Shown: in pieces, positions 28,118 through 37,266 of the stretch | Numbering within the stretch: the stretch's first letter is position 1 | How the letters are laid out: the number at the start of each line of letters is the position of its first letter | From: Candidatus Thalassospirochaeta sargassi | GTDB taxonomy: Bacteria; Spirochaetota; Spirochaetia; UBA9216 | Direction: 5' to 3' | Assembly: GCA_028532855.1 (NCBI GenBank) | Contig: JAQQAL010000006.1 | Span: forward strand, 72,757-136,756 | Length of the DNA: 64,000 bases | Program-made: the position numbers and the translations under genes | Notes under the pieces: model-generated | Database searches by the model: none | What the model was told of the DNA's origin: nothing | The model's input: only the letters and a program-made list of their open reading frames with translations

Positions 28118-29363
28118 TCTTCCGCTTCTCCACAGTATACAGTACCGCCAAACCGCCTGACGCTGCAAGCGCAAAAAGCGCACAAAGCGGCCAGACAAGC
28201 CTTAACGAATTATTTTCAATGAATTTCCCCATCAGGAATGGAGAAATGGCATGTCCTGCGCCGATAATAATCGGTACAATAGAATTTACCCGCCCACGGT
28301 GAGACATAGGCGTATGATTGGCAATGTAGACATTAATGTTAGTTGCACCGAGAATCTCCCCGACCGTCCAGATAGAGGCAGTGCTCAGGATGATGTAGAA
28401 GTTATAGCCGAAGTATATTCCACCAAAACCCACGGCATAAAGTAAAGCTGCAATCATAGTTGCCAGAATGGGTTTCATGTTCTTGGTAAGTCCTATTATC
28501 AGGGTTGTGCCTAAGATGACTATCAGAGCGTTAAAGGTCATAGTTGTACCGTACAACACCGCCCCCTCAGGACCGAAGATATCATTGAGAAACAACGGCA
28601 AAGAGAAGGTCATCTGCGCATATACAAAATTCATAAGCATTACAAGCAGAATGAAGAAAACAAGTCCGGGGCGCGCCGCAAGCACCCTGAAGACCGACCC
28701 CTTCTCTGCTTTTTCGAGTTCGGGTGAGCCGCCGCCATCTTCAATGCTTTCATTCAACCTCTGTACAGAAGGTTTAGTCTCTGTTACAAACAGAATCACC
28801 AGGATAAGTGAAATAAGGGTTGTAGCAGCATCGCCGCTGAACAGCCAATAGGGCCTGCTGTTATACATGAGCCCAGCGAGCAGAGGACCCAGTGCAAAGC
28901 CCAGATTATGACCAAGATAAAGAAGAGAAAACGCGGCCTTTCTGTTCTCAGGTTTACTAAGGTCAGTAATCATGGCTGTTGTAGTTGGATGAACTACTCC
29001 CATGAAGAATTCGGCGGCAATTATAAAATAGGGGATCAGCTGTTTATCAGTTATCAGTGCACAGGTAAGAAAACTCAGGGCAGCAAGAAATTGCGCACCT
29101 ATAAGGATACGCTTTCTTCCGAAGGTGTCGGCTATCTTACCGCCGATAAGAGACCCCGGTACAAAACTGATACTAACCATCATAAGAAGCATACCGGCCT
29201 CGGCTGCCGAATTACCGAGTTTATCGGTTAAAAATAAAGTAAGGAATGGGTAAACGAAACTTCCAATGCTGTTTATTATCCTTGCTAGAAAAAGAACGTA
29301 GATACTTCTTTTCAATCCACGATAGATTCTGAACGATGATTTCAACGACTCAGCTATTTTCAT
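28110..29363 (-). CDS. MFS transporter
   Basis: The length is 417 aa with 12 TM segments and MFS-like loop motifs (GKIADTFGRKR). A 4-nt overlap links it to the upstream AKR gene. Confidence 0.7.
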   Translation of the reverse strand: MKIAESLKSSFRIYRGLKRSIYVLFLARIINSIGSFVYPFLTLFLTDKLGNSAAEAGMLLMMVSISFVPGSLIGGKIADTFGRKRILIGAQFLAALSFLTCALITDKQLIPYFIIAAEFFMGVVHPTTTAMITDLSKPENRKAAFSLLYLGHNLGFALGPLLAGLMYNSRPYWLFSGDAATTLISLILVILFVTETKPSVQRLNESIEDGGGSPELEKAEKGSVFRVLAARPGLVFFILLVMLMNFVYAQMTFSLPLFLNDIFGPEGAVLYGTTMTFNALIVILGTTLIIGLTKNMKPILATMIAALLYAVGFGGIYFGYNFYIILSTASIWTVGEILGATNINVYIANHTPMSHRGRVNSIVPIIIGAGHAISPFLMGKFIENNSLRLVWPLCALFALAASGGLAVLYTVEKRKNG

Positions 29364-30451
29364 TTACCCCTAGCATTCTGCCTAATCAGCTCAAAACGTT
29401 GAAGAATTGGAAGATGCTGTGTACACACTTCCTCACATTGGCGGCAGCCAGTACACCTGTCAAGCTCATTAATCTTAAGAGCCCAGTGCCATTTAAGCCT
29501 TTCGGCAACCTTGAAACTGCCGTCCAGCAGAACATGATTGAATGATTCCATAAATGCCCATACCGGAATGTTTACAGGACAGACATTGCAGTAGCCGCAG
29601 GTTGTACACATGGACTGAAAATCATCCTGAATACTCTGCTTGAGCCTCTCCGATTCTGCAGCTGTGTAGGGCTTAAAGCTCTCCACAGCTGCAACAGCCT
29701 CATCAATCTGCTGCTTATTGCTGAAACCTACCAGGGCTGAAGTTATCCCCTTATTTGAAAGCAGAAAATGCAGGGCAGCATCTACCATGCTCTGCTCTTC
29801 ATTCATCCTGATAAATGAAAAGGCTTCAGGATTATTAACAATCGTGCCACCTCCTAAAGGATTCATTATTACTGCACCCATATTTTTTTCAATTGCAGCT
29901 TTTAATCCGGCCTCCCTGAACGGGAAATTGGTTGCACAATAACCCAGGGTAACACCTTCAAATTCCTCATGCTCAAACAGGTCCCTTATCTCATTTCCAC
30001 TCATATGAGTTGAAATTGAGATATGTTTTGCAAGACCTTCTTCCTTCACCTTTCGAAATTCATCTATAACCCCGGCCGCCTTTCGGGCGGCAAAATCTTC
30101 GGGTGTAAGAACACACCAAACATGAAGAAAATCGATTGAGTCAACCTTCATCCGCTTTAATGAATGCTCGACATCAATCCTCACGCTTTCACGATCCTTC
30201 GCCATAGATTTCGTCGAATAGTAAAAATTCTTTCCAGTTCTAACAAGCTCACTTCGTGCGTGTCCGAAAATCTCTTCTGACTTCCCTTTAAAATAGAAGG
30301 TAGCGGTATCAAAATAGTTGATACCCTTGTTAAGAGCATGCACCAGCATCTCAGCTGAGCGGTCGAAATCGTCGGGGCGTTCAAAACGCATTCCCCCGAA
30401 ACCTACTGCTGATATTTTTTTCCCGGTCTTCCCGTATTCCCTGTATATCAA
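29360..30451 (-). CDS. Aldo/keto reductase fused to a C-terminal 4Fe-4S ferredoxin-like domain
   Basis: An AKR N-terminus (KISAVGFGGMRF) is followed by two Cys clusters, CTTCGYCNVCP and CTGCRQCEEVC. Confidence 0.7.
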   Translation of the reverse strand: MIYREYGKTGKKISAVGFGGMRFERPDDFDRSAEMLVHALNKGINYFDTATFYFKGKSEEIFGHARSELVRTGKNFYYSTKSMAKDRESVRIDVEHSLKRMKVDSIDFLHVWCVLTPEDFAARKAAGVIDEFRKVKEEGLAKHISISTHMSGNEIRDLFEHEEFEGVTLGYCATNFPFREAGLKAAIEKNMGAVIMNPLGGGTIVNNPEAFSFIRMNEEQSMVDAALHFLLSNKGITSALVGFSNKQQIDEAVAAVESFKPYTAAESERLKQSIQDDFQSMCTTCGYCNVCPVNIPVWAFMESFNHVLLDGSFKVAERLKWHWALKINELDRCTGCRQCEEVCTQHLPILQRFELIRQNARGK

Positions 30452-30566
30452 TTTTTAGCTCCAGAATATATCAATAGTAATTGAAAAGTCTAAATATCGA
30501 TTTTGACTTTTTCTAAACATTTGCTGCTGAACGTTTGACAAAGTCAAATTCCTGGATGTATAAAAG

Positions 30567-30585
30567 GTGCTTTCAGCACTTTTTA
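30567..30585. terminator. Short hairpin (gtgct-ttc-agcac) flanked by T-runs at the ychF stop
   Basis: The sequence is aaaaggtgctttcagcactttttata. On the minus strand it reads aaaagtgctgaaagcacctttta, directly after the ychF stop codon. Confidence 0.3.
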
Positions 30586-31689
30586 TACATTAAATTTGAA
30601 ATGCATAATATCGCCATCCTGTACGACGTATGTCTTACCTTCCTGCCGCAGCTTTCCGGCCTTCCTTATTGCAGCTTCCGACCCCAGCTCGAAGAGATCA
30701 TCACAATGATAAACCTCAGCCTTAATGAAGCCCTTTTGAAAATCAGTATGAATTACACCTGCAGCCTCAGGCGCCAAGGCTCCATCATTAAAAGTCCATG
30801 CACGATTTTCATCAGTACCGGCCGTAAAGTATGTTCGCAACCCAAGTGATGCATAGGCTTTATGAATGAGTTTGGACAGTCCCGATTCTTCAAGCCCGGC
30901 TTCTTCAAGAAACTCCTGCTTTTCTTCATCGGTTTCAAGTGCGGCAATATCCGCCTCAAGAGCACCGCAGATTACAACAGTTTCAGCTCCATCAGCATCA
31001 GCTATCTCCCGGACTTTATCAACATAGGTATTACCGCCAAGACCATTCTCATCAACATTACATACAAACATCTGCTTCTTCATTGTGATAAGTTGCAGCT
31101 CCTGAACGCCTTCAAGCTGATCGTCAGTAAACTCAAGCGCACGGGCCGGTATTCCCTGCCCAAGTGATTCCTTAAGCATTTCAAGCACCGGGATCATAGT
31201 CTTTGCGTTCTTTGAAATATCCTTGTCGGGAGACCGCAGCTGTTTGGCAGATTTTTCAATCCTTTTCTCTACAGTGGACAAATCAGCAAGCGCAAGCTCG
31301 ATGTTAATGGTCTCGATATCTGAAGCTGGATCGATCTGTCCGCTGACATGGGTAATATCCTCATTGTCAAAGCAGCGTACTACATGGACAATCATGCCGA
31401 CCTGTCTGATGTGTGATAAAAACTGATTACCCAGCCCCTCACCCTGTGAAGCCCCCTTGACCAGGCCCGCTATATCGACAAACTCGACTATTGCGGGAAT
31501 TTCCTTGGCGGGAACGATAATTTCTGAAATTTTCTTTAGCCTTTTGTCCGGTACATTCACAATGCCGACATTCGGGTCGATTGTACAGAACGGGTAATTC
31601 GCAGCCTCGGCCGGCGCGGATGTAAGAGCAGAAAAAATTGTAGACTTTCCAACATTCGGAAGTCCTACTATTCCGCAGTTTAAACCCAT
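30583..31689 (-). CDS. ychF: Ribosome-binding ATPase YchF (Obg-family GTPase)
   Basis: The N-terminal MGLNCGIVGLPNVGKSTIFSALT, a TGS domain and a length of 368 aa all match YchF. Confidence 0.9.
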   Translation of the reverse strand: MGLNCGIVGLPNVGKSTIFSALTSAPAEAANYPFCTIDPNVGIVNVPDKRLKKISEIIVPAKEIPAIVEFVDIAGLVKGASQGEGLGNQFLSHIRQVGMIVHVVRCFDNEDITHVSGQIDPASDIETINIELALADLSTVEKRIEKSAKQLRSPDKDISKNAKTMIPVLEMLKESLGQGIPARALEFTDDQLEGVQELQLITMKKQMFVCNVDENGLGGNTYVDKVREIADADGAETVVICGALEADIAALETDEEKQEFLEEAGLEESGLSKLIHKAYASLGLRTYFTAGTDENRAWTFNDGALAPEAAGVIHTDFQKGFIKAEVYHCDDLFELGSEAAIRKAGKLRQEGKTYVVQDGDIMHFKFNV

Positions 31690-31716
31690 ATATTCCTCCG
31701 GTTTAACGATAAATCG

Positions 31717-32160
31717 TCAAAGATAAATTATAATTGATATTGCAATACCCAGAAGAGCTCCGAAAAAAACCTGAGGCATGGTGTGACCAAGCAGGGTTCG
31801 GAGTTTTTGGGGTTGAAAACCGTCGCGAAATGTATCGGACAGCTCCTGGATAAGCTCATTCAGAATCTCGGCATGCCTGCCGGCAGCCCGTCTGATCCCC
31901 ATTGCGTCATACATTACAACAAAGGCAAGTACTACGGCGATTGTGAATTCAGCACTGCCGAATCCGCGTTCTATTCCTACGGATGTCGCAAGAGCAGTAA
32001 CAGATGCAGAATGCGATGACGGCATTCCGCCCGTCCCCTTAAAGCGCTTTCGATCGAATTTACCTAATGATATCCAATCGGTAATAACTTTCAGAACCTG
32101 GGCGAGAACCAAAGCAATGACTACTGACCAAAGAATTCTGTTTCCGATAATTTCCTGCAA
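31717..32160 (-). CDS. Divergent PAP2-family membrane protein (YuiD/DUF212-like)
   Basis: The length is 147 aa, with GMPSSHSA and GRHAE motifs characteristic of the divergent PAP2 acid-phosphatase-like family. Confidence 0.6.
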   Translation of the reverse strand: MQEIIGNRILWSVVIALVLAQVLKVITDWISLGKFDRKRFKGTGGMPSSHSASVTALATSVGIERGFGSAEFTIAVVLAFVVMYDAMGIRRAAGRHAEILNELIQELSDTFRDGFQPQKLRTLLGHTMPQVFFGALLGIAISIIIYL

Positions 32161-32227
32161 ATTCTTCTCCGTATTTTAGTCTGTAGATTATAAAGCTTAT
32201 ATTATCTTCTGAATAGAGGTTACACAC

Positions 32228-32419
32228 TCAATCTTTTATTCTAGGTGATTTCTCAAATGAGGGACAATGTTTACCGGTGGCCCTGAAAACCGCAACTGAA
32301 GGCAGTTCCCGTCCTTTTACACCGAACATTGTGCACCCCATTGGGAATTTTCTGTCCCAGGTAACCTTGTAAAATTTGCATTTTAAACAGTTTGGTGCTC
32401 TATCCGGATACTCAGTCAT
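32228..32419 (-). CDS. Small Cys-rich protein (63 aa), possibly a TRASH/zf-FCS-like metal-binding ribbon
   Basis: The motif CLKCKF...GCTMFG...HCPSF is present. The protein is small, so coding status is uncertain. Confidence 0.3.
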   Translation of the reverse strand: MTEYPDRAPNCLKCKFYKVTWDRKFPMGCTMFGVKGRELPSVAVFRATGKHCPSFEKSPRIKD

Positions 32420-32560
32420 ATAATGAATATATAACAGGATTTACAGGTACTTCAAGCGTCGGAGCATTTGCCTGATAATTGATGCATAGATGTTTTCCAT
32501 AACAATCAGGGGACAGAAAAGAGGAAATAATGTTGTGGTCTAACAGGATTAATTTAAACC

Positions 32561-33316
32561 TTGGGCTGCAGGACTCTGCCATGTTATATTGTTTGCATGA
32601 AAAATGATCGATATATACGACAGATGCTGCTCGAAGATGATTTCGGTTTCAGCCAGGAGAGACTTGGCCGCGCAACGGTTTTCATTGCCGGGGCGGGGGG
32701 ACTCGGAAGTCCTGCAGCCTATTATCTTGCGGCAGCCGGGGTAGGCAGAATCATCATCTGCGATAATGACGAGGTTGAAACATCAAACCTGAACAGACAG
32801 ATACTCCATTCGACAAACCGCATCGGTCAGCGCAAAACCGAATCAGCTGCTGAAACCCTGCGCGCGTTTAACCCTGAAATAACAATAAAACCGAAGGATG
32901 CGCTGATAAGCGGCGACCCGGCCGGGCTTATAGAAGATGCCGACCTGATAATAGACTGCCTCGACAACATTGAGGCGAGATACGTCATCAACGATTATTC
33001 AATCAGAAACGGTGTCCCCATTGTTCACGGTGGAATAAACGGTTATGCCGGCCAGATAAGCTTTATAGCACCACCGGAGACTGCATGCATAAGATGCATT
33101 TTTCCACAGGATTACGGCAGCGAAGACCCCATTCCGGTGATAGGCGCGACGGCTGGACTGATTGGTTCACTTCAGGCTATTGAAGCAGTGAAATATCTGA
33201 CCTGTAGCGGAGCACTGCTGAAAAACCAGCTCTACATCATCGACTCATTTTCTAATGAATCTGAAAAACTACAGCTTGAGAAAAACCCCGATTGCCCCGC
33301 CTGTGGAAGAAGGTAA
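32561..33316 (+). CDS. ThiF/MoeB/HesA-family E1-like adenylyltransferase with a C-terminal CxxC...CxxC zinc site
   Basis: The nucleotide-binding motif GAGGLGSPAAYYLAAAGVGRIIICDND is present. The zinc-site pairs are CIRC and CPAC. The length is 251 aa. Confidence 0.8.
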   Translation: MGCRTLPCYIVCMKNDRYIRQMLLEDDFGFSQERLGRATVFIAGAGGLGSPAAYYLAAAGVGRIIICDNDEVETSNLNRQILHSTNRIGQRKTESAAETLRAFNPEITIKPKDALISGDPAGLIEDADLIIDCLDNIEARYVINDYSIRNGVPIVHGGINGYAGQISFIAPPETACIRCIFPQDYGSEDPIPVIGATAGLIGSLQAIEAVKYLTCSGALLKNQLYIIDSFSNESEKLQLEKNPDCPACGRR

Positions 33317-33439
33317 GAGAACAAGCTATGGCAGCATCAGCCTCCAATACCCCTTCTACGGTATACTTTTTGTAAGTATGTCTTAATAAACATCCTACTT
33401 GACGTATCAGCATGTACCTATTATTTTACAGGGACAGCC

Positions 33440-34348
33440 ATGATAAACAATCATTCAAGGAGTAAAAACATGACATTTACAGGACCAATATACAGACCGC
33501 CATGGGAAGCAGATAGCTTGTTACTTCAGGTTACAGTCGGATGTGCTCATAACAAATGTAACTTCTGCACAATGTACAGGGACACTCCCTTTTCAATAGA
33601 TCCATTTGAACAGATTGAAAATGATATAATTGAAGCAAGAAAACAATACAGAAAAGTTAATAGAATATTTCTTGTAAATGGTGACGCCTTCGTTTTGAGC
33701 GCCAGGCGCCTCAAGCCTATTGCAGAAAAAATTATTGAATATTTCCCGGAAGTCGAAGTCATTACAATGTACTCATCTATCAATAACATAAAGAATAAAA
33801 CAGATGAAGAGCTGGTGGAGCTGAGAAAGCTTCGTGTAAATGAGTTGTGGGTTGGCGTAGAAACTGCCCACGGTGAAGCTCTTAAATATTTGAATAAGGG
33901 CTCAACCATCGAGGACACACGCAGCCAGCTTAAGAGGCTGAATAAGGCAGGCATGGATTTCTTTTACGGTTTCATGTACGGTGCTGCTGGCAAAGGCAGG
34001 GGAATTGAGACGGCAATTGAGAATGCAAAACTTATTAATGCTACAAATCCCGTTGGAATAGCACCTACAACACTGGGAGCCAATGAAGGAACACCTCTGA
34101 AGAAAGATGTGGAAAAAGGGATATTCGAACTGGCAACAGAGCGGGAAATATATGAAGAGATGATAAAAACCATTGAGCTTATTGATACGGATGATTTGAT
34201 TTATTATGGTGCGCACGCAATTAATACTATCCCCTTCAACTGTATTCTTCCGCGAGATAAGAAAATAGCACTAAACAGTATTGAGGGACGTATTGCTGAA
34301 TTGTCGAATGATTTTCTGGACAGTGTCCCCGTCAGACACTCGATATAA
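33440..34348 (+). CDS. Radical SAM-like protein with an atypical CX4CX2C cluster motif
   Basis: VTVGCAHNKCNFCTMY gives C-4-C-2-C spacing rather than the canonical CX3CX2C. A GGE-like FLVNGDAF motif follows. The length is 302 aa. Confidence 0.55.
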   Translation: MINNHSRSKNMTFTGPIYRPPWEADSLLLQVTVGCAHNKCNFCTMYRDTPFSIDPFEQIENDIIEARKQYRKVNRIFLVNGDAFVLSARRLKPIAEKIIEYFPEVEVITMYSSINNIKNKTDEELVELRKLRVNELWVGVETAHGEALKYLNKGSTIEDTRSQLKRLNKAGMDFFYGFMYGAAGKGRGIETAIENAKLINATNPVGIAPTTLGANEGTPLKKDVEKGIFELATEREIYEEMIKTIELIDTDDLIYYGAHAINTIPFNCILPRDKKIALNSIEGRIAELSNDFLDSVPVRHSI

Positions 34349-34356
34349 TAGAGAAA

Positions 34357-34383
34357 AGGAGCAGCATCCGAAAATCTGCTCCT
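34357..34383. terminator. Hairpin between the convergent radical-SAM and M16 genes, likely terminating the minus-strand M16 transcript
   Basis: An 8-bp stem (aggagcag ... ctgctcct) encloses an 11-nt loop. The minus-strand read continues into a T-rich stretch (ttttctctatt). Confidence 0.4.
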
Positions 34384-34419
34384 TAACCCTATTTACCATA
34401 TGAAGGCTATTGCCTGTAT

Positions 34420-37266
34420 CTACTCCTCCGGCATCAGCACAACAGTGATATATTCCCCGGTATTGTAGTATCTGCCTACACTTTCAATTACGGACTCGCG
34501 GCTTATTTGTTCGTTGAACTTATCAGGGGGCAACAGGTCCTCGGGGTCATCACCGAATCCGAATGCGTCTTCGAGGTGGGCCAGCCAGAACGAATTTTCT
34601 TCAATCGACTGTTCATAGCCCAGCCGGTACTGCTGCTCCTGAATAGTAATGTATTTATCTTCAAGCTCTCCGCCGGCAACTTTGTTGATTATTTCAAAAA
34701 TGCCGGCCGACAGTTCGTCTGCGCGATCGGGGTCACAGCCGAACTCGATGCTCATGGTGACCGACGGATAAGGTTCACGCTCCACGACGGGATTCACCGA
34801 GATGTGATAGGTTCCGCCGGCATCCTCGCGGAGACTTTCCCTGAAAAGGGTTTCCATAACTGATGCACTTGTTTCAATCTGCAGTTCGATATCCGGCGAC
34901 CAGGCTTCAAGCTCCGTGGTAAATATTATCCGCACACGGCCCTGCTCTTCTATCCCCCTATATACAGTTTCGCTTACAATCCCCTCCGGCGGGCGCACCC
35001 CGCGGTCAAACGGTTGTTCAGGCCCGCTTCCTGACGGAAGACCGGCAATCCAGACCGTGCAAGCCGCCTCAAGCTCTTGCTTATCTATATTTCCTGTAAA
35101 AACAAATATAAAATCGTCGGCTCCGCTGAATCGTTCTCTGAACACAGAATCGGAGACGTCGGCAACAATCCCATCCAGCCGCTCTGAATCCAGCGGTTTA
35201 CTTCTGTAGTCATCCTGGCTGAGGATTGCCCTGACCCTGTCATAGTATACATTCATTGGATCAGCATTTCGATTCTCAATAAGGCTTTCAAGCCTTACCT
35301 TCATATTGTCGCAGGCATCCGGGCTGAAAACAGGCTCGGTATAATACAGGTACAGCAGCTGCATGAAAACCTCCAGCTCGTCCGGCGAGAAACTCCCGCT
35401 CATGCCTTCCCATGCCCTCCCGATATACGGGGACAGGCTGACGCTCAACCCGGAGAGTTTTTTCCCCAGCTGTATGGAGTTAAAGGCGCCGAGCCCGCTC
35501 AGCGACTGAAGAAGCGGTGCATAGAGTCCTGCAATGTACTCTTCGTCCGAATGAAGCGACAGACCGCCGCGGCTGAACGCTGAAAAGAGGACCTCATCAT
35601 CCTTGAAGTCGGTCTGTTTCAGAATCACATCTGCCCCGTTCGACAGATGCCATAACTCGGTATCAATTGATTCATAGTACCTTTTCTCCACAACTGCCCC
35701 GGCAACAGGGGGGGTATCAACAAGATCACGGTCAAGGGAGTCGTCAAAATAGGGCTCAAGGCTCATAGAAGACCCTGATTCAACAACAGCTTTCACCTGC
35801 CCGCTGTCAGGAACCTCGGCACCCTCAGGATATATCAGAGTTATTGTCCTGCCTGATTCAGGCATCAAGTCAACAGCATAGGAATTAACATCTTCAAGAC
35901 TGATTTCTGGAATAAAGCGGTTGTAAAGCTCGTATTCAGCAACAACCCCCGGGACAAAGACATCCTTGAGAAAATTATCTATGAGTTCATCAGCTAATCC
36001 AGACGAAGGAATATTATCCCGTTCAAGGTAATACTCCTCTACAGAATTGAGGAAATCCGCCTTCTTGCGATCCAGCTCAGCCTGCGTAAAGCCCCATCGA
36101 CCGGCACGTTCAAGCTCGGCAACCATTGCGGTAAGGGCTTCCTGCACCCCGTCGGCATCGGCGGAAGCATAGCAGCTGATATTTCCAGCCGGCCGGACTA
36201 TATCTCCAGCCCCCCCGCCGGCTCCGATAAACGGAGGCTCAGGCTTCCGGGCAATCTCACTAAGCCTCGAGTTGAACATAGACCAGGTAAGAGATTCAAC
36301 CAGGCTGCGTCTGTAATCACCCTCAGTCCTCAGCCTGGGGGGCTCTGTTTTTGCTGAGAGCTCCACTGTAGCATATGCAAGCTCGGGGTCAGAAATCATG
36401 CAGACCTCGGTTTCTCCAGCTGTTTCAACTGGATGTTCGGGACGATATTCAGGATTTTCAGGACCTTCGTATGAAAAATGTTTTTCAATCAGAGCCTTTG
36501 TTTTTTCCGGCTCAATATCACCGACCACAATAACCGCCATCAAATCCGGCCTGTACCATGTATTGTAAAAATCCCTGAGCCTCTGGGGAGGCGCGTTCAT
36601 AAAAACCTCAGGCTTTCCGATGGGCAGGCGCTCGGCATAAGCAGATCCTTTAAAAATCACCGGAATCATCTTATCAAGGATACGCCCCGATACCCCGCGC
36701 CCGAGTCTCCATTCTTCCTGGATAACCCCTCGCTCCTTCTCCACTTCTTCATCTTCATAGCTTACAAGATGAGCCCAGTCCTCAAGCACCTGGAAGGCGG
36801 TGGCTACTGTATCATCGTCAGCGGTTGGTATCTCAAGAGTGTAGACAGTTTCGTCAAAACCGGTATATGCATTAATATCCGGCCCGAAAGACATTCCTAT
36901 CAGCTCCAGATAATCAATCAACTCAGACTTCTCAAAATTCTCTGTACCATTGAAAGCCATATGTTCACAAAAATGGGCCAACCCCTGTTGATCATCCATT
37001 TCAAGAATAGAGCCCGCGTTTACAACCAGCCGCAGAGAGGCTCTCTGTTCAGGTTCCTGATTGCTTCGAATATACCACCTCAGACCGTTTTCGAGGGTTC
37101 CGCTTTCTACCAGCGGGTCAAGGGGTATAAATTCATCGTTGGTCAGGGTGTCCGCATCCTGTGCTGGATCTGCCGAATCATCGACGGTGCCGCAGGAACT
37201 GAGAAACAGAAACACTGCCAAAAGAACCGTTAAGGTTGCATATTTTAAAAAGCCTGATTTTTGCAT
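34420..37266 (-). CDS. M16 (pitrilysin/insulinase) family zinc peptidase, tandem two-unit form, predicted lipoprotein
   Basis: The inverted zinc motif HFCEHMAFNGT (HxxEH) is present, and the protein is about 950 aa. The start was set at Met19 (37266), which is preceded by a GGAGGAAG Shine-Dalgarno. A signal peptide with lipobox LSSC follows. Confidence 0.8.
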   Translation of the reverse strand: MQKSGFLKYATLTVLLAVFLFLSSCGTVDDSADPAQDADTLTNDEFIPLDPLVESGTLENGLRWYIRSNQEPEQRASLRLVVNAGSILEMDDQQGLAHFCEHMAFNGTENFEKSELIDYLELIGMSFGPDINAYTGFDETVYTLEIPTADDDTVATAFQVLEDWAHLVSYEDEEVEKERGVIQEEWRLGRGVSGRILDKMIPVIFKGSAYAERLPIGKPEVFMNAPPQRLRDFYNTWYRPDLMAVIVVGDIEPEKTKALIEKHFSYEGPENPEYRPEHPVETAGETEVCMISDPELAYATVELSAKTEPPRLRTEGDYRRSLVESLTWSMFNSRLSEIARKPEPPFIGAGGGAGDIVRPAGNISCYASADADGVQEALTAMVAELERAGRWGFTQAELDRKKADFLNSVEEYYLERDNIPSSGLADELIDNFLKDVFVPGVVAEYELYNRFIPEISLEDVNSYAVDLMPESGRTITLIYPEGAEVPDSGQVKAVVESGSSMSLEPYFDDSLDRDLVDTPPVAGAVVEKRYYESIDTELWHLSNGADVILKQTDFKDDEVLFSAFSRGGLSLHSDEEYIAGLYAPLLQSLSGLGAFNSIQLGKKLSGLSVSLSPYIGRAWEGMSGSFSPDELEVFMQLLYLYYTEPVFSPDACDNMKVRLESLIENRNADPMNVYYDRVRAILSQDDYRSKPLDSERLDGIVADVSDSVFRERFSGADDFIFVFTGNIDKQELEAACTVWIAGLPSGSGPEQPFDRGVRPPEGIVSETVYRGIEEQGRVRIIFTTELEAWSPDIELQIETSASVMETLFRESLREDAGGTYHISVNPVVEREPYPSVTMSIEFGCDPDRADELSAGIFEIINKVAGGELEDKYITIQEQQYRLGYEQSIEENSFWLAHLEDAFGFGDDPEDLLPPDKFNEQISRESVIESVGRYYNTGEYITVVLMPEE

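Noticed and set aside
33440-34348. MoaA (GTP 3',8-cyclase) assignment for the radical SAM gene next to the MoeB-like E1
   Set aside because: MoaA has a canonical CxxxCxxC near the N-terminus, a second C-terminal Cys cluster and is about 330 aa. This protein has CX4CX2C and no second cluster.
36478-37233. 251-aa plus-strand ORF
   Set aside because: It is embedded antisense in the M16 peptidase gene.
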